Source: an uncultured Hyphomicrobiales bacterium (lineage in GTDB: Bacteria > Bacteroidota > Ignavibacteria > Kapaibacteriales > UBA2268). From it: a DNA stretch of 64,000 nucleotides. The stretch's first letter is position 1. Each line of letters starts with the position of its first letter. The stretch covers positions 196,410-260,409 of the forward strand of contig CAZGCT010000003.1 of NCBI GenBank assembly GCA_964524325.1, in the 5' to 3' direction. The position numbers were made by a program, and so were the translations under genes. This document shows positions 20,201-31,932 of the stretch, piece after piece. The notes beneath the pieces are model-generated. The model was not told where the DNA came from. It did not search any database and was given only the letters and a program-made list of their open reading frames with translations.

Positions 20201-20380
20201 TTCGACTTCTTTAGGTCCTGCTCCAGGATATACTGTTGTAATAGTAACATATGGTATTTTAACTTCTGGGAATGTGTCGAGATTTAATGAAAAATACGAA
20301 AAAACTCCAAAAACAATAAACACTAAAATAATTGTTGTCGTAAGGATGGGTCGTTTAGTTGCAATCTTAGCTAAAAACAT
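17294..20380 (-). CDS. RND efflux transporter permease (AcrB/HAE1-like)
   Basis: 1028 aa with 12 TM helices and two large periplasmic loops, typical of the AcrB family. Its stop overlaps the hydG-like gene convergently. Confidence 0.85.
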   Translation of the reverse strand: MFLAKIATKRPILTTTIILVFIVFGVFSYFSLNLDTFPEVKIPYVTITTVYPGAGPKEVENLITKPIEDEIATISGIERIESYSLENSSIILIEFKLGKDIDVANREVKDQVEKILFKLPTEAKKPIIQKLDVQAFPIINLVVYGNVSPVELYELCDKTIKERISQVSGVANVEIIGGQERAIRIEFENRQIFENSISLPQMTQILKSYNIDFPGGIFQTGNDEFTVRVKGEFPSIDVIKNLQIPTPFGVKKLEQLAYVSDTGKDVRYRAVYYNIPQKITNENVVNLSIIKSADANAVKVSELISEILPEIEKSLPKGIKIEKVYDGADFTRATFNDTMSNIYLGVLFTGIVLFLFLFSIRSTFIVAITMPVSIASAFILFKAFGLSLNILSLMGISVSIGVLVANSVVVLENIFRLRNLGYSPKDAAYKGTTEVTVAVLASTFTNLIVFIPIANMSSIVGEFLKDLALAATFATLFSLFNSFTLTPLLASLILPKEEKNEGLLSNFYYKLDGFLTNTYRSLLEKVLNNKSVSIIIIAATMVGFIFTSVMFAPKIGLEFIPQVDNNLVQIQIELPENFNLNATSEKVTEVIEKIKRHSEIKTIVGNIGKRDNLNTGSNLAYIIITLFDSKDRHVSINQMIDIIIEDLKNITNIKTLVMPGEVISGGQYPVQFYLLGQNVDTLDYYKEIVIEKLNGLPGLINLDNSSRKGKPEITIKPKREILPDVGLTLIDLAYTIRAAVDGIEATTFRDGGNEYDILITLQDEDINLPNKIENVTIVSPKGTYRLSQIADVDYSTSVSRILHRDKYKGIQFTGSNAPGVPLGNVTNEIEQKMKEIKLPPGYSFKWAGDVKYMKDMFNDMVIAFFIATFLTFMLLSAILESFVQPIYIMITLPLALIGVFIAMILTNTTYNISSLMGIIMLIGIVVNNAILVLDNANQLLREKGFRIKEAILEAATIKLKPQIMSTFALILGMLPMALQIGEAGKEFRAPLGIVSIAGLITATFLTIFIVPAFYYVFSKERITKNKQD

Positions 20381-20392
20381 AATTCACCACAA

Positions 20393-21418
20393 TTAATTCA
20401 AAACTTTTACTTTAGTATTTTCATCGAGTAGATGCCTTCCTTCTATAATTAACTTATTTCCTTTGGATAGGCCATCTAAAACTTCTATATTCAAATCGCT
20501 TACTCTCCCTAATTGTATGTATCTTTTTTTCGCAATACCATTCTCTTCTATGAATACAAAAGTGTTTCCTCGAGGATCTTTATCGACAATTACTTTTGGA
20601 ATCACTATTGCATTGTTATTTTCGTAAACTTTAAGTTTAATTTCAACTGTAACCCCGCTTTTCAACTCTAATTTTGGATTTGGTGCCTCGAACTCCACTT
20701 TAAAACCTTTCATAGCGTCGTCCATTTTCATTGCAACAGAAATGATCTTACATGGATATTCTCTTTCATTCCAAATAATTTTTCCGCTCATTCCAATCTT
20801 AATGTATTGTATTTCTTTTTCATTTACCCATGCGATTGCTTGGACCTTGTCCAGCACACTTATTGTGAACAAAGGCTTGCCAAAATCAACTTGCTGACCT
20901 TCGGAAACATAAATGCTAGAAACGTAACCAGAAATTGGAGCTTCAACAAATAAAATTTGTTTAAGAGATTCATAGTTTCTTTTTGCAACCAAATATTGCG
21001 TTTCAATGTTGTCAAAGTTCTGTTGAGAAATCTCACCACTTTTAAGAAGTTCTTTAAAGCGATTATAAGTTTTTGATAAATTTTCGAAGTTTGCTTTGGC
21101 CTGTTGAAATTGTAAGCTTGGGTTATCTGTTGGGAACTGTAAAATCACTTGCCCGGCTTTTACATATTGTCCAGCGCGAACTAAAATTTTTTCGACTCTG
21201 TCCGAGACCAAACTTGTCTTTGTGTTTTCAATTTTACCAATCAATTTCGAATAAAAGGTGAGATATTGCTCGAAATTTTGAGGTTGAAGGGTCAAAGTCT
21301 TTACAGGTACAACTTTTCCCTCCTCTTTGAAAAGAATTTTATTTTCTTTTGTTTTATTGGCGCAGTATGAAAAAAACAAAGAAAATATTAAAACGAAAAA
21401 AACATTAATCTTCTTCAT
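20393..21418 (-). CDS. RND efflux periplasmic adaptor (membrane fusion protein, HlyD family)
   Basis: 341 aa with a lipoprotein-type signal peptide, a coiled-coil hairpin and a beta-barrel region. It sits between the TolC-like gene and the RND pump. Confidence 0.75.
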   Translation of the reverse strand: MKKINVFFVLIFSLFFSYCANKTKENKILFKEEGKVVPVKTLTLQPQNFEQYLTFYSKLIGKIENTKTSLVSDRVEKILVRAGQYVKAGQVILQFPTDNPSLQFQQAKANFENLSKTYNRFKELLKSGEISQQNFDNIETQYLVAKRNYESLKQILFVEAPISGYVSSIYVSEGQQVDFGKPLFTISVLDKVQAIAWVNEKEIQYIKIGMSGKIIWNEREYPCKIISVAMKMDDAMKGFKVEFEAPNPKLELKSGVTVEIKLKVYENNNAIVIPKVIVDKDPRGNTFVFIEENGIAKKRYIQLGRVSDLNIEVLDGLSKGNKLIIEGRHLLDENTKVKVLN

Positions 21419-22820
21419 AGTTTATTTCCCCAAAAATGTTTTCAATATCAATTTTTGCGTTAATGTAGTCAAATAGAGCTTGTTGATAGTTTAAATGAGA
21501 TTGCCGTAATTCGAACTCTGCATTTCTGACCTCTAGTTGAATTCCGGTTCCTTCTTTATATCTTGTTTGGGCAATTTGATATGCCTTTTCAGCTCGTTTA
21601 ATATTTTTTTCTTGTGCAAATATTTGTTTTTTTGCTTTTTCCAAATCGGAATACTTTTCTAAAAGCAACTTTGCTAAAAAGGAACGATATTGAGCAATCC
21701 TTTCTTCTGTTTCCTTATAGTTGATAGTTGATTGTTGAACTCTACTATGGGTTTGAAAGCCATTGAAAAGATTTATTGATAATTGTAACCCGACCATTGA
21801 TTGGGTATAAGTTTGAAAGTTAAGTTTATTTGATTGACCTGCGAAGGAGAAATTTGCAAACCCAACCAAAGATGGATAATACTCGGAACGGTAAAGCTCA
21901 ACCATCTCTTGGTCAATTCTTTTTTTGTATTCCAGGGTTTTTAAGTCTAAATTCGATTCTAAGGCTTTATTTATAGCCATATTAACATCATCAATTGAAA
22001 AATCGACAAATTTCATACTTCCAATAAGTTCAATGTCCTCCTCTAAAGGAATATCCAAAAGTAATTTGAAATTGTTTAAAGAATTCTGATAGGAATTTTT
22101 ACTATTTTCAACTAGGGGTCTGAGGTTTTCCACTTGAACTTCTGTTTGCATTAAATCGTATTCCGAGACAAGACCATTGCTGTACATATTTTTAATTAAA
22201 TTTAGATTTTCCTCAGCATTCTTAAGACTTTGCCCGTAAATTTCAACTACATTTTTTAAAAGTATACAAGCATAAAAGGCTTTTTTAATACTAGTCACTG
22301 TTTTAGATAATTGTGCTCGATAGTTATACTTGGATAATTCAAGGTAAATTTTCGAAGCACCAATTCCTCTGAAAACTGTTGAATTGAACAATATTTGATT
22401 TAATTGTAATTTACTTTCAAATTGATTAGTTAATACAAAAGATTGTTTAATAAGGCCCATTGGGACGAGTTTAGTTTTGTCTTGGGGCAGCAAACCCTCA
22501 TTAAATAAAATGCCATAAGTAGAATTATTTAAAAGAGCAAGAAAATCTGGGAAGAAAAAAATTGGTTTCTGGATATAATGGTAAAATGAAGTATTAAATT
22601 CAAGTGAGGGGAAAGCATTACCTCTTGCTTCTTTTACTGCAAATTCAGCCTTTTCGATATCCATTTTTTGAATCTTAAGATCTTTGTTATTAGAAACGCC
22701 ATATTTTATTGCATCTTTGAGCGTTAGCTCCTTTGAAAAAACAAAATGTTTAGGTAAAATAATATAAAATATTAACATTAATAGGATCAATATAATTGAA
22801 TTGATAATATTATTTTTCAT
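21405..22820 (-). CDS. TolC-family outer-membrane efflux protein
   Basis: Two repeats of the TolC helical/barrel unit. I moved the start to the internal Met (MKNNIINS..) so that it overlaps the TetR gene by only about 11 bp. The ORF track extends it to 22868. Confidence 0.75.
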   Translation of the reverse strand: MKNNIINSIILILLMLIFYIILPKHFVFSKELTLKDAIKYGVSNNKDLKIQKMDIEKAEFAVKEARGNAFPSLEFNTSFYHYIQKPIFFFPDFLALLNNSTYGILFNEGLLPQDKTKLVPMGLIKQSFVLTNQFESKLQLNQILFNSTVFRGIGASKIYLELSKYNYRAQLSKTVTSIKKAFYACILLKNVVEIYGQSLKNAEENLNLIKNMYSNGLVSEYDLMQTEVQVENLRPLVENSKNSYQNSLNNFKLLLDIPLEEDIELIGSMKFVDFSIDDVNMAINKALESNLDLKTLEYKKRIDQEMVELYRSEYYPSLVGFANFSFAGQSNKLNFQTYTQSMVGLQLSINLFNGFQTHSRVQQSTINYKETEERIAQYRSFLAKLLLEKYSDLEKAKKQIFAQEKNIKRAEKAYQIAQTRYKEGTGIQLEVRNAEFELRQSHLNYQQALFDYINAKIDIENIFGEINYEED

Positions 22821-23454
22821 TGTTAAAATATTTAATTTGTTGAAAATAAAGTTGTTTGCTATCTTCATTTAGTATGCCATTAAAAATTACAGAAAAATAT
22901 TCATAGAAAAATTTATTTAGTGGAATATCAATTTTTTGATTAACAGTGAATTGCTTTAAATTTGTTAAAGTAAAATATATTATAAAATAAAGGACATTGT
23001 CGTTAACACCTTTTTTTATTAGACCAATTTCTCTACCTTTCTGAATAATCGAGAAAAAAGAATTTTCAATTTGCTTTTTAGTAAAATCCTTTAATTTGAT
23101 TGATATTTGTGGAAATCTTTTTTCAACCTGATTATTAATCACATTAGTGATAGAGTTTAAAAAATCGCCAGATTTTTTAATCATTTCGATAAAGTAATAG
23201 AAGAAGGTTTCTTTCTTGCTTTTAAGAATAATTCTAATATATTTCGACAGCTCGTACTTAAAATCATTTAAAAGCCTTCTTATACATTCTTCAAAAAGTA
23301 ATTCTTTTGAAGGAATATACTTATAAAAAGTTGCTTTGCTGATACCAATTGTTGAAACCAAATCATCGATGTTAAGGTTTTTATACCCTTTTGAAAAAAA
23401 CTGTTTCTGAGCTTCTTGGAAAATAGCATTCAGTAAGTTTTCTTTTGTTTTCAT
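22810..23454 (-). CDS. TetR/AcrR family transcriptional regulator
   Basis: N-terminal helix-turn-helix (HTH) ..DLVSTIGISKATFYKYIPSKELLFEE. It is the first gene of the efflux operon. Confidence 0.75.
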   Translation of the reverse strand: MKTKENLLNAIFQEAQKQFFSKGYKNLNIDDLVSTIGISKATFYKYIPSKELLFEECIRRLLNDFKYELSKYIRIILKSKKETFFYYFIEMIKKSGDFLNSITNVINNQVEKRFPQISIKLKDFTKKQIENSFFSIIQKGREIGLIKKGVNDNVLYFIIYFTLTNLKQFTVNQKIDIPLNKFFYEYFSVIFNGILNEDSKQLYFQQIKYFNNEK

Positions 23455-23552
23455 AAACTTTTTAAACTTTTTTCGTTTTAAAAGTTCAAAAATAATAAAA
23501 AAATAAAAAATAAAAATGTATAGCTAAAAAATTTATTTTTGTTTTTTTATTA

Positions 23553-25805
23553 GTGATGATTATGAAAGAACTTTTATTTTCTGAAATTGAAGTAGACGAA
23601 AAAGTTGCTCTAGATTGTGGTTTGACAACCGAGGAGTATCATAAGATTCTTGAATTACTTAGACGTAAACCAACTTACACTGAAATCGGTATTTTTGGGG
23701 TGATGTGGAGCGAACATTGTTCTTATAAAAATTCCATCAAACTATTAAAAACGTTACCAAGAAGTGGACCCCAACTACTTGTTTCTGCTGGTGAAGAAAA
23801 TGCAGGTGCTGTGGATATAGGAAATGGTTATTGTATTTGTTTCAAAATAGAAAGTCATAATCATCCCTCTGCTGTTGAACCATTCCAGGGGGCTGCAACT
23901 GGGGTAGGGGGCATCTTGAGAGACATTTTTTCAATGGGGGCTCGACCTATAGCCGTGCTGAATTCCCTAAGATTCGGAAACATTAATCTCGACAAAACAA
24001 AATTCCTTGTTAAAGGAATTGTTGCGGGAATTTCTCATTATGGTAATTGTTTTGGGGTACCTACTGTCGGTGGCGAGGTTTTTTTTGAAGATTGTTATAA
24101 CGATAATCCACTTGTTAATGTTATGGCCGTTGGTATTGTTCGTTCAGATAGGCTTGCCTTTGCACGAGCTAATGGTATTGGTAACCCAGTTTGTATTGTT
24201 GGAAGCAGTACAGGGCGCGATGGCATTCACGGAGCGTCTTTACTTGCCTCGAAAGAATTTACCTCTGAAAGCGAAGATATGCGACCCACTGTTCAGGTCG
24301 GTGATCCTTTTGCAGAAAAACTACTTCTTGAAGCAACATTGGAACTAATTCGTGCAAAGGTTGTTGTTGGTGTACAAGATATGGGTGCAGCTGGAATAAG
24401 TTGTTCAACATCGGAAATGAGTGCAAGAGGAAATGTTGGAATGAAAATCAATTTAGACAATGTTCCCTTAAGGGAAAAAGATATGTCACCATATGAAATA
24501 ATGCTGTCAGAATCGCAAGAGAGAATGCTTTTTGTGTTTGATAAAAATAAACTAAATGAAGCAATTGAAATATGCAAGAAATGGGATGTTCCTTTATCTC
24601 AAATTGGTGAAATTACCGACGATGGAATTCTCCACATTTGGAAAGATGGCAAAAAGGTTGTCGAATTAGAAGCAGATTTTCTTGTACTTGGAGGAATGGC
24701 ACCGCAATATGATAGATTGGCTTTAGAACCTAAATATCTAAACAAAATAAATAATTTTGATTTCAATAAATTAGAACTTGACAAAGTTAATTTAAAAGAA
24801 GCGTTTATTCGAGTTTTGTCATCTCCAAACATTGTTTCGAAAAGGTGGGTTTATGAGCAGTATGATTATCAAGTAAGGACAAATACTGTCCGGATTACTG
24901 GCGATGCAGCAGTTATTAGGTTGAAAGAAATACCAGGAAAAGCAATTGCTCTAACAACCGATTGCAATTCTAGATATGTTTATTTAAATCCCTATAGAGG
25001 AGCAGTTATTGCAATTGCAGAAGCCGCAAGAAACATTGCATGCGTGGGGGGTAAACCAGTCGCAATTACAAATTGTTTAAATTTTGGTAATCCCTACAAT
25101 CCCGAAGTTTATTGGACTTTTAAACAAGCTGTGACTGGTATGGGGGACGCATGTAGATTTTTCAATACACCTGTAACTGGCGGAAATGTAAGTTTCCACA
25201 ATGAATCTCAGTATTTTGCAATATATCCTACCCCGGTAATCGGTATGCTTGGAATAATAGAAGATGTTAATAAAATTTGCACTTTGGAATTCAAAACTAA
25301 TGGTGATTTAATTTATCTTCTCGGTGAAAACAAAACCGAGGAAATAGGTGGCTCCGAATTCATTAAAGTTATGTGGGATCTTGTAGTTGGCGAACCTCCT
25401 TCTGTTGATTTAGTTCATGAACAGAACTTAATTAATTTCTTACTTGATGCAATACAGAAAAATTTGATTAATTCTGCTCATGATTGTAGCGAAGGTGGTA
25501 TTGCCATCTGTTTAGCAGAAAAATGTGTTTTTTCAGATAATCTGGGAGTTGAAGTAAAATTCAACCCAAAGTTAAACCCTGCTTTACTTTTCAATGAGTC
25601 GCAGGGTAGGGTAGTAGTAACCATCTCACCACAAAATCAAGTAAAATTTGAAAAATTAGCCTCGGAATACTCATTGCCCTTTGAATTGATTGGTAAAGTA
25701 TGTAAAAACAATTTTGAGATAAAGGATGCTTTTAAATTTGAAATAGATTACCTAAAAGACATTTATTTTAATCACTTGGAAAAGATACTTAGTAGTACTT
25801 TATAG
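23553..25805 (+). CDS. purL: phosphoribosylformylglycinamidine synthase subunit PurL
   Basis: 750-aa small-type PurL with tandem AIR-synthase-like domains (..[16 protein letters not shown]..). Confidence 0.85.
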   Translation: MMIMKELLFSEIEVDEKVALDCGLTTEEYHKILELLRRKPTYTEIGIFGVMWSEHCSYKNSIKLLKTLPRSGPQLLVSAGEENAGAVDIGNGYCICFKIESHNHPSAVEPFQGAATGVGGILRDIFSMGARPIAVLNSLRFGNINLDKTKFLVKGIVAGISHYGNCFGVPTVGGEVFFEDCYNDNPLVNVMAVGIVRSDRLAFARANGIGNPVCIVGSSTGRDGIHGASLLASKEFTSESEDMRPTVQVGDPFAEKLLLEATLELIRAKVVVGVQDMGAAGISCSTSEMSARGNVGMKINLDNVPLREKDMSPYEIMLSESQERMLFVFDKNKLNEAIEICKKWDVPLSQIGEITDDGILHIWKDGKKVVELEADFLVLGGMAPQYDRLALEPKYLNKINNFDFNKLELDKVNLKEAFIRVLSSPNIVSKRWVYEQYDYQVRTNTVRITGDAAVIRLKEIPGKAIALTTDCNSRYVYLNPYRGAVIAIAEAARNIACVGGKPVAITNCLNFGNPYNPEVYWTFKQAVTGMGDACRFFNTPVTGGNVSFHNESQYFAIYPTPVIGMLGIIEDVNKICTLEFKTNGDLIYLLGENKTEEIGGSEFIKVMWDLVVGEPPSVDLVHEQNLINFLLDAIQKNLINSAHDCSEGGIAICLAEKCVFSDNLGVEVKFNPKLNPALLFNESQGRVVVTISPQNQVKFEKLASEYSLPFELIGKVCKNNFEIKDAFKFEIDYLKDIYFNHLEKILSSTL

Positions 25806-26744
25806 TTGTTGAATCATACGCTTGGCTCGTGGTGTATATTCGCTAAATGGGTATTCTTCAATAAACCTCTGATATTCTCGCTTTGCTTCTTTCATCCTTC
25901 CCAACTTGGTGTAGCATTCTGCTATCATAATTTGAGATTCGGTTCTCTTTTTAGCTTTTGGAAATGATAAAACTCTCTGAAAACATTCAACAGCATTTAA
26001 ATAATCATTGGTATAAAACAAAGCTTCCCCTTTCCAGTAGCATAATTGACTTATATTTGTCAAATCGTTTTCTTCTTTCAAATAAGAATCGATTTTCTTT
26101 AAAGCCAGATCGTACTTTCTTTCTTTGATGAGGAGAATAACTTCTTCAACTTTTTTATTTTGTTCAATTGTATTCTGTGCTTCCCTTGGTGTTGTCTGAG
26201 CTAGATCTTGTAAGTTATTGTTAATCTTGTCGTTATGTTTTTTTGTTTTCTCGGGATTTAATTTTTTCCCTTTTTTTACCAATTTACTGGATTTCTCTGT
26301 ATTTTGGGATTTTATCTTACTTTCCTCTTTTAGGTAGTTATTAGTTTCTCTTTTTTCACTTAATAAATTGGTGAGAAAAATTATTTCATTTTTTAAAATC
26401 CGAATTTCTTCTTCCAACTTTTCTAACTTCATTTTCATAAAATCAATTTCATCGTTTCCAGTAGGTGGCTTAATTTCAAATACTTTACCAGCAATTGCTT
26501 TTTCAGATTTGCTGTTTGAATCCTCATTGTGTATGTTTGGTTCTATTTTTTTATCATTTTCATTACTTTTAGTCAATATTTCAGTTTGAGGTTTTATTTT
26601 CCCGCTATTTTCTTTATTGTAAAATCTGAATTCCCCGTTTCTAACATTTTGCATTGAGCTACAAGAAAAAAACACAAGGAGCATGGATATTAATGAACAA
26701 TTGGTTAATATTGACATTTTATTTTTATTATTATCCTTTTTCAA
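25800..26744 (-). CDS. lipoprotein with an N-terminal coiled coil and C-terminal TPR repeats (CpoB/YbgF-like)
   Basis: Probable true start is [19 protein letters not shown] (lipobox). It has a Lys/Glu-rich coiled coil and a C-terminal TPR segment ([20 protein letters not shown]..). Confidence 0.5.
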   Translation of the reverse strand: MKKDNNKNKMSILTNCSLISMLLVFFSCSSMQNVRNGEFRFYNKENSGKIKPQTEILTKSNENDKKIEPNIHNEDSNSKSEKAIAGKVFEIKPPTGNDEIDFMKMKLEKLEEEIRILKNEIIFLTNLLSEKRETNNYLKEESKIKSQNTEKSSKLVKKGKKLNPEKTKKHNDKINNNLQDLAQTTPREAQNTIEQNKKVEEVILLIKERKYDLALKKIDSYLKEENDLTNISQLCYWKGEALFYTNDYLNAVECFQRVLSFPKAKKRTESQIMIAECYTKLGRMKEAKREYQRFIEEYPFSEYTPRAKRMIQQL

Positions 26745-26875
26745 TTTTTACACCTATATTTATTTTCAATAACTTGTGAAAAGTATATTTTTTATTTCCA
26801 AATTAAAGTTAAATAATTACAATGAATATGCCAAGAATATCGGTATTTGAGTAAATTTGAAGTTTTTAAAATGCA

Positions 26876-27997
26876 ATGAATATACTAATTATTAATTGGC
26901 AGGACATTAAAAATAAATTTGCTGGTGGGGCAGAAGTTCATCTTTTTGAGATTTTTAAGAGGATAGTCAAAAGAGGCCATAAAGTAGCCTTACTTTGCTG
27001 TAAAATCAAAGAACTTGCAGAGAATGAAAATATTGATGGAATCGAAGTAATTAGAATTGGAAACAGGTCCTTGTTCAATTGGTTTGTTCCATTTTATTAC
27101 TTAAAACATTTAAAAAATAAACATTTTGACATAATAATTGATGATATTAATAAAATTCCATTTTTTACTCCATTGTTTGTAAAAAAGCCAATTCTTTGTA
27201 TTTCTCACCACTTTTTTGGAACAAGTATTTTTAGACAAATAAATCCAATTAGTGGATTGTATGTTTATCTTTCAGAAAAGTTAATGGATTTTTTTTATAA
27301 AAAGGAAAAATTTGCAGTTGTTTCCGAAAGTACATTAAATGAATTTCTTAAAAGAGGTTACGAAAGAAATAATTTCACCATTGTTTACAATGCCCTCGAC
27401 ACTGAGAAATTCCCCTTTCAAGTTACCGAAAAAAACTCAATACCAACTATTACTTATTTTGGTAGGTTAAAAAAGTACAAAAGTATTGAGCAAATTTTTT
27501 ATGCTTTCCCCAAAATTAGAGCAGAGGTACCTGATGCACAAATTTTTTTGATCGGAAGAGGGGATTACGAAAAAAAATTAAAATTAATTGCCCAAAAATT
27601 GAAAATTTCAGAATCGGTAATTTTTTGGGGTTTCGTCGATGAAACAAAAAAGATTGAACTTTTAAGCAAATCACATTGTGTTGTTAATACATCTATCAAA
27701 GAGGGATGGGGAATAACCAATCTCGAAAGTAATGCCTGTGGTACATTGGTAATATCCGCAGATGTACCTGGTCTAAGGGATTCAGTTAAGGATGGATTCT
27801 CAGGATTACTCTATGAGTATGGTAACATCAACGAACTCGCCAATAAAGTTATATGCGTTTTGAAAGACCAAGAATTATTCGAAAAACTATCTCAAGGTGC
27901 TGTCCAATGGGCAAAAAATTTTTCCTGGGATAATTCAGCTGAAAAAATGCTAAGATTAATTGATAATGTTGTTAAATCAGATAAGAAGACGAGGTAG
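26876..27997 (+). CDS. glycosyltransferase family 4 (GT-B, group 1)
   Basis: C-terminal EGWGITNLESNACGTLVI matches the E-x7-E motif region of GT4 enzymes. Confidence 0.75.
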   Translation: MNILIINWQDIKNKFAGGAEVHLFEIFKRIVKRGHKVALLCCKIKELAENENIDGIEVIRIGNRSLFNWFVPFYYLKHLKNKHFDIIIDDINKIPFFTPLFVKKPILCISHHFFGTSIFRQINPISGLYVYLSEKLMDFFYKKEKFAVVSESTLNEFLKRGYERNNFTIVYNALDTEKFPFQVTEKNSIPTITYFGRLKKYKSIEQIFYAFPKIRAEVPDAQIFLIGRGDYEKKLKLIAQKLKISESVIFWGFVDETKKIELLSKSHCVVNTSIKEGWGITNLESNACGTLVISADVPGLRDSVKDGFSGLLYEYGNINELANKVICVLKDQELFEKLSQGAVQWAKNFSWDNSAEKMLRLIDNVVKSDKKTR

Positions 27998-28148
27998 AAT
28001 TCAATAACAATTTTGGAAAATATAGATCTTAAAAGTTAATTATAATTTTAACGATATTTTAATAAATTCATTTAATGTTTAAAATAAATATTAAAATCCT
28101 CTAAATCCTGTTTTATTTCTTAATTTTGTATTATTTAAACCTTGCAAA

Positions 28149-30638
28149 ATGGAAGAAATATTTAAAGATAAGATAATAGAAGCAATATTCGAAGACGAGA
28201 TCAAGACTTCTTACCTAGACTATTCAATGTCTGTAATTGTATCAAGGGCTTTACCTGACGTAAGAGATGGTTTAAAACCAGTTCACCGCAGAATACTTTA
28301 TGCAGTTAACGAATTAGGATTGACCCCGAATCGCCCATATAGAAAATCTGCCAGAATTGTTGGAGAAGTCTTAGGGAAATACCATCCACACGGAGACGCT
28401 GCAGTCTACGATGCCATGGTAAGAATGGCACAACCTTGGTCTATGCGTTACCCTTTAATTGATGGACAAGGTAATTTTGGCTCAATAGATGGTGATTCAC
28501 CCGCTGCCATGCGATATACAGAGGCACGACTCTCTTGGATTGCTTTGGAAACTTTGAGAGATATAGATAAAGATACTGTCGATTTTAGACCTAATTTCGA
28601 CGATTCATTAAAAGAACCTGTTGTACTACCTACTGTACTACCAACATTGCTTGTAAATGGCTCAAGCGGTATCGCGGTGGGCATGGCCACAAACATTCCC
28701 CCCCACAACCTTGGCGAAATTATCGATGGTTTGACTGCTTTAATTAATGATCCAAATCTCTCCCCAGAAGATTTGTTAAAGTATGTCCCAGCTCCAGATT
28801 TTCCAACCGGTGGCATTATATATGGTTACAGTGGTGTAAAAGATGCTTATCTAACTGGTAAGGGTAAAATTATTGTTCGTTCTAAAGCAATTATAGACAA
28901 AAACACTATAATTGTTAAAGAGATTCCTTATCAGGTAAGTAAGTCCCTATTAATCGAGCGAATTGCCGAGCTCGTTAAAAATAAAGTGATTGATGAAATT
29001 ACTGATATTCGCGATGAAAGCGACAGAGACGGCATTAGGATAGTTATAGAATTAAAAAAAGAGGCAAATCCAGAAATAGTACTAAACAATCTTTTTAAGC
29101 ACTCGCAACTCCAAGTTACATATGGAGTGATCATGCTTGCTTTGGTAAATGGTCGGCCTCGAATTCTCAACCTTTACGAATGCATGAAATTATTTATTGA
29201 ACATCGTAATGAAGTCATTGTTCGTAGGACAAAATTTGAACTTGATGCTGCTGAAAAAAGATTGCACATTTTAGAAGGCTTTTTAATTGCACTTGATAAC
29301 TTAGATGAAATCATCGAATTAATTAGAACTTCACCCGACCCCAAATCTGCTTCGGATAGACTTCAACTTCGTTTTGGACTAACTGAGATACAAACAAAGG
29401 CAATATTGGACCTAAGACTGCAAAGGCTTACCAATTTGGAACAAACAAAAATTATACAAGAATACAAAGAGGTTACTTCAAAAATTGAAGAACTGAAAGC
29501 GATCCTGACTAGTAAAGAAATTCAATTAAACATTATTGCAGATGAATTACTTGAACTGAAAAAGAAGTTCAACAACGAACGACGGACTCAAATTATTTAC
29601 GAAGCAAAAGACTTTACATTGGAAGATATGATTGCCAACGAGGAAGTAATAGTTACCTTGTCCCACAACGGCTATATTAAGCGAATGCCAGTATCAATGT
29701 ATAGAAGACAAGGTAAAGGGGGTAGGGGTGTAACAGGTGTAAAAACAACAGAAGATGACTTCATTGAATATGTTTTTAAAGCCAAAACACATCACGACTT
29801 GTTATTTTTTACTGACAAAGGCAAATGTTATAAAGTTAAAGTCTACGACTTGCCCGAAGGTTCACGCCAATCAAAGGGACGTTCACTTTCGAACATTATT
29901 TCCAAAGACTCAGACGAAAAAGTAACTGCTTTTCTACCTGTTGAATCCTTCGAGGAAAGAAAATACATCGTAATGATAACAAAAAATGGAACCATAAAGA
30001 AAACCGACCTAAATAATTTCGAGATTGTCAGAAGTAATGGAATAATAGCTATCAATTTTTCTGGGAACGACAAACTTGTAGTTGTGCGGTTGACCGATGG
30101 AAATTCAGAAATATTAATTGGAACAAAAATGGGTCTTGCAAGCCGATTTCATGAAGAGGAAGTAAGAAGTATGGGAAGAACGGCTGCTGGTGTTCGTGGC
30201 ATTAGTTTAGCTAATGGGGATGAAGTTGTATCAATGATAACTTCTAACGATCCAGAAAATTCTCAGGTTTTGATTGTTGGGGAAAAAGGTTATGGTAAAA
30301 GAACCAAATTGACCGATTTTCGTTTAACTCATCGTGGAGCAAAAGGTGTAATTTCTATGAAGGTAACTGAAAAGACCGGTAATGTTGTGGGAATCGTAAA
30401 AGTTTCCGACGATGATGATTTATTTGTTGTTACTGGAAAAGGAATTATCATTCGTCAACCAATTAATAAAATCAGTTTGCTTGGAAGGAATACCCAAGGG
30501 GTTAGATTAATCAAATTGGAACCAGGAGATTATATTGCTGATATTACTGTAGTTCCCAATCAATCAGAAGATATCGAAAATGAAGAAAGAAACACTAGTG
30601 ATGAAACTTTCTTTTCTAATAAAATTGAGAACAACTAA
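28149..30638 (+). CDS. gyrA: DNA gyrase subunit A
   Basis: N-terminal ..[42 protein letters not shown], and a C-terminal six-bladed beta-pinwheel repeat region. 829 aa. Confidence 0.9.
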   Translation: MEEIFKDKIIEAIFEDEIKTSYLDYSMSVIVSRALPDVRDGLKPVHRRILYAVNELGLTPNRPYRKSARIVGEVLGKYHPHGDAAVYDAMVRMAQPWSMRYPLIDGQGNFGSIDGDSPAAMRYTEARLSWIALETLRDIDKDTVDFRPNFDDSLKEPVVLPTVLPTLLVNGSSGIAVGMATNIPPHNLGEIIDGLTALINDPNLSPEDLLKYVPAPDFPTGGIIYGYSGVKDAYLTGKGKIIVRSKAIIDKNTIIVKEIPYQVSKSLLIERIAELVKNKVIDEITDIRDESDRDGIRIVIELKKEANPEIVLNNLFKHSQLQVTYGVIMLALVNGRPRILNLYECMKLFIEHRNEVIVRRTKFELDAAEKRLHILEGFLIALDNLDEIIELIRTSPDPKSASDRLQLRFGLTEIQTKAILDLRLQRLTNLEQTKIIQEYKEVTSKIEELKAILTSKEIQLNIIADELLELKKKFNNERRTQIIYEAKDFTLEDMIANEEVIVTLSHNGYIKRMPVSMYRRQGKGGRGVTGVKTTEDDFIEYVFKAKTHHDLLFFTDKGKCYKVKVYDLPEGSRQSKGRSLSNIISKDSDEKVTAFLPVESFEERKYIVMITKNGTIKKTDLNNFEIVRSNGIIAINFSGNDKLVVVRLTDGNSEILIGTKMGLASRFHEEEVRSMGRTAAGVRGISLANGDEVVSMITSNDPENSQVLIVGEKGYGKRTKLTDFRLTHRGAKGVISMKVTEKTGNVVGIVKVSDDDDLFVVTGKGIIIRQPINKISLLGRNTQGVRLIKLEPGDYIADITVVPNQSEDIENEERNTSDETFFSNKIENN

Positions 30639-30640
30639 CA

Positions 30641-31924
30641 ATGGAAATTTTATTAAAAAATATCAGAGTTGTAAATCCACATCAAAAAATTGATTCGATT
30701 TACAATATTCTTATTCGTGACGGTATAATAGTTTATATGGGCAAAGAATCTTTAGAGGTAAGTTACGAAACCAAAATCATTAGTGGCGATGATTTAATTT
30801 GCTCACCTGGATTTTTCGATATGCACGTACATTTTCGTGATCCTGGCCAAACACATAAAGAAGATTTAATCTCTGGGATTAATTCTGCTGCAAATGGAGG
30901 GTTCACTGGTGTTTTAATAATGCCAAATACCCTACCACCAATTGACAATACACAAATTGTTCAAAATATTAAAAACAATACTGCAAATCAAATTGTCGAT
31001 GTTCATATTTCAGCTGGAATAACAAAAGGGTTGGAGGGGAAGACTTTGACTTCAATGCATTCTCTTTCAAACTCTGGTGTAATTATGTTCACCGACGATG
31101 GAAATTCTGTGATGAATTCAGAAATTATGCGTAGAGCTTTCGATTATTCTTCTCAATTTGATTATTTAATTGCACAACATTGCGAAGATCACAATTTAAC
31201 AGCTGGTTTTTCTGCAAACGAAGGAGAATTTTCAACTAAATTAGGATTGAAAGGATATCCAACAGTTGCAGAGGAAATTATCCTTTCTCGGGATATTATG
31301 TTGGCAGAATATTGCGGTAACCGAAGATTCCATGCACAGCATATATCCACTAAGAATTCTGTTGAAATAGTTAAAAGAGCCAAAGAAAAAGGTTTAAGGG
31401 TTACATGCGAGGTTACACCTCATCATTTTTCCTTAAATGATTCCTTTGTGGAAACCTTCGATTCTAATTATAAAATGAATCCACCTTTGAGAAAAGATGA
31501 AGACATTAAAGCTTTGATACAAGGACTAATGGATGGTACTATTGACTGCATAGCAACAGATCATGCACCTCATGCCTCTCACGAAAAGGATGTTGAATTC
31601 GAAAAAGCACCACATGGTGTTGTAGGTTTGGAAACTGCACTCGGGGCAAGTCTAACATTTCTTTACCACACTGGATTTCTCTCTTTAGAACAAATCATTG
31701 AAAAGTTTAGCATCAATCCAAGAAAAGTACTCGGCTTGACTCCAATAATTTTTAAGGAAAATGAAAAAGCAAACATGACAATTTTTTCTGTAGATGATGA
31801 ATGGGTTGTTGACAAGCAATACTTTAAAAGCAAATCGAAGAATACTCCTTTCGACGGATTTAAATTTAAAGGTAAACCAAGATATATTATTAACAATGGT
31901 AGTTTTTTTGCATCTAGCTTATAA
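30641..31924 (+). CDS. pyrC: dihydroorotase
   Basis: DMHVHFRDPGQTHKED metal-binding motif with an amidohydrolase fold. 427 aa. Tightly coupled to gyrA. Confidence 0.8.
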   Translation: MEILLKNIRVVNPHQKIDSIYNILIRDGIIVYMGKESLEVSYETKIISGDDLICSPGFFDMHVHFRDPGQTHKEDLISGINSAANGGFTGVLIMPNTLPPIDNTQIVQNIKNNTANQIVDVHISAGITKGLEGKTLTSMHSLSNSGVIMFTDDGNSVMNSEIMRRAFDYSSQFDYLIAQHCEDHNLTAGFSANEGEFSTKLGLKGYPTVAEEIILSRDIMLAEYCGNRRFHAQHISTKNSVEIVKRAKEKGLRVTCEVTPHHFSLNDSFVETFDSNYKMNPPLRKDEDIKALIQGLMDGTIDCIATDHAPHASHEKDVEFEKAPHGVVGLETALGASLTFLYHTGFLSLEQIIEKFSINPRKVLGLTPIIFKENEKANMTIFSVDDEWVVDKQYFKSKSKNTPFDGFKFKGKPRYIINNGSFFASSL

Positions 31925-31932
31925 TTTTGAAT

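Noticed and set aside
21405-22868. Long N-terminal extension of the TolC-like ORF overlapping about 58 bp of the TetR gene
   Set aside because: An internal Met (MKNNIINS..) followed by a hydrophobic signal-like segment gives a more plausible start with only a short overlap. The feature is reported with the trimmed start.
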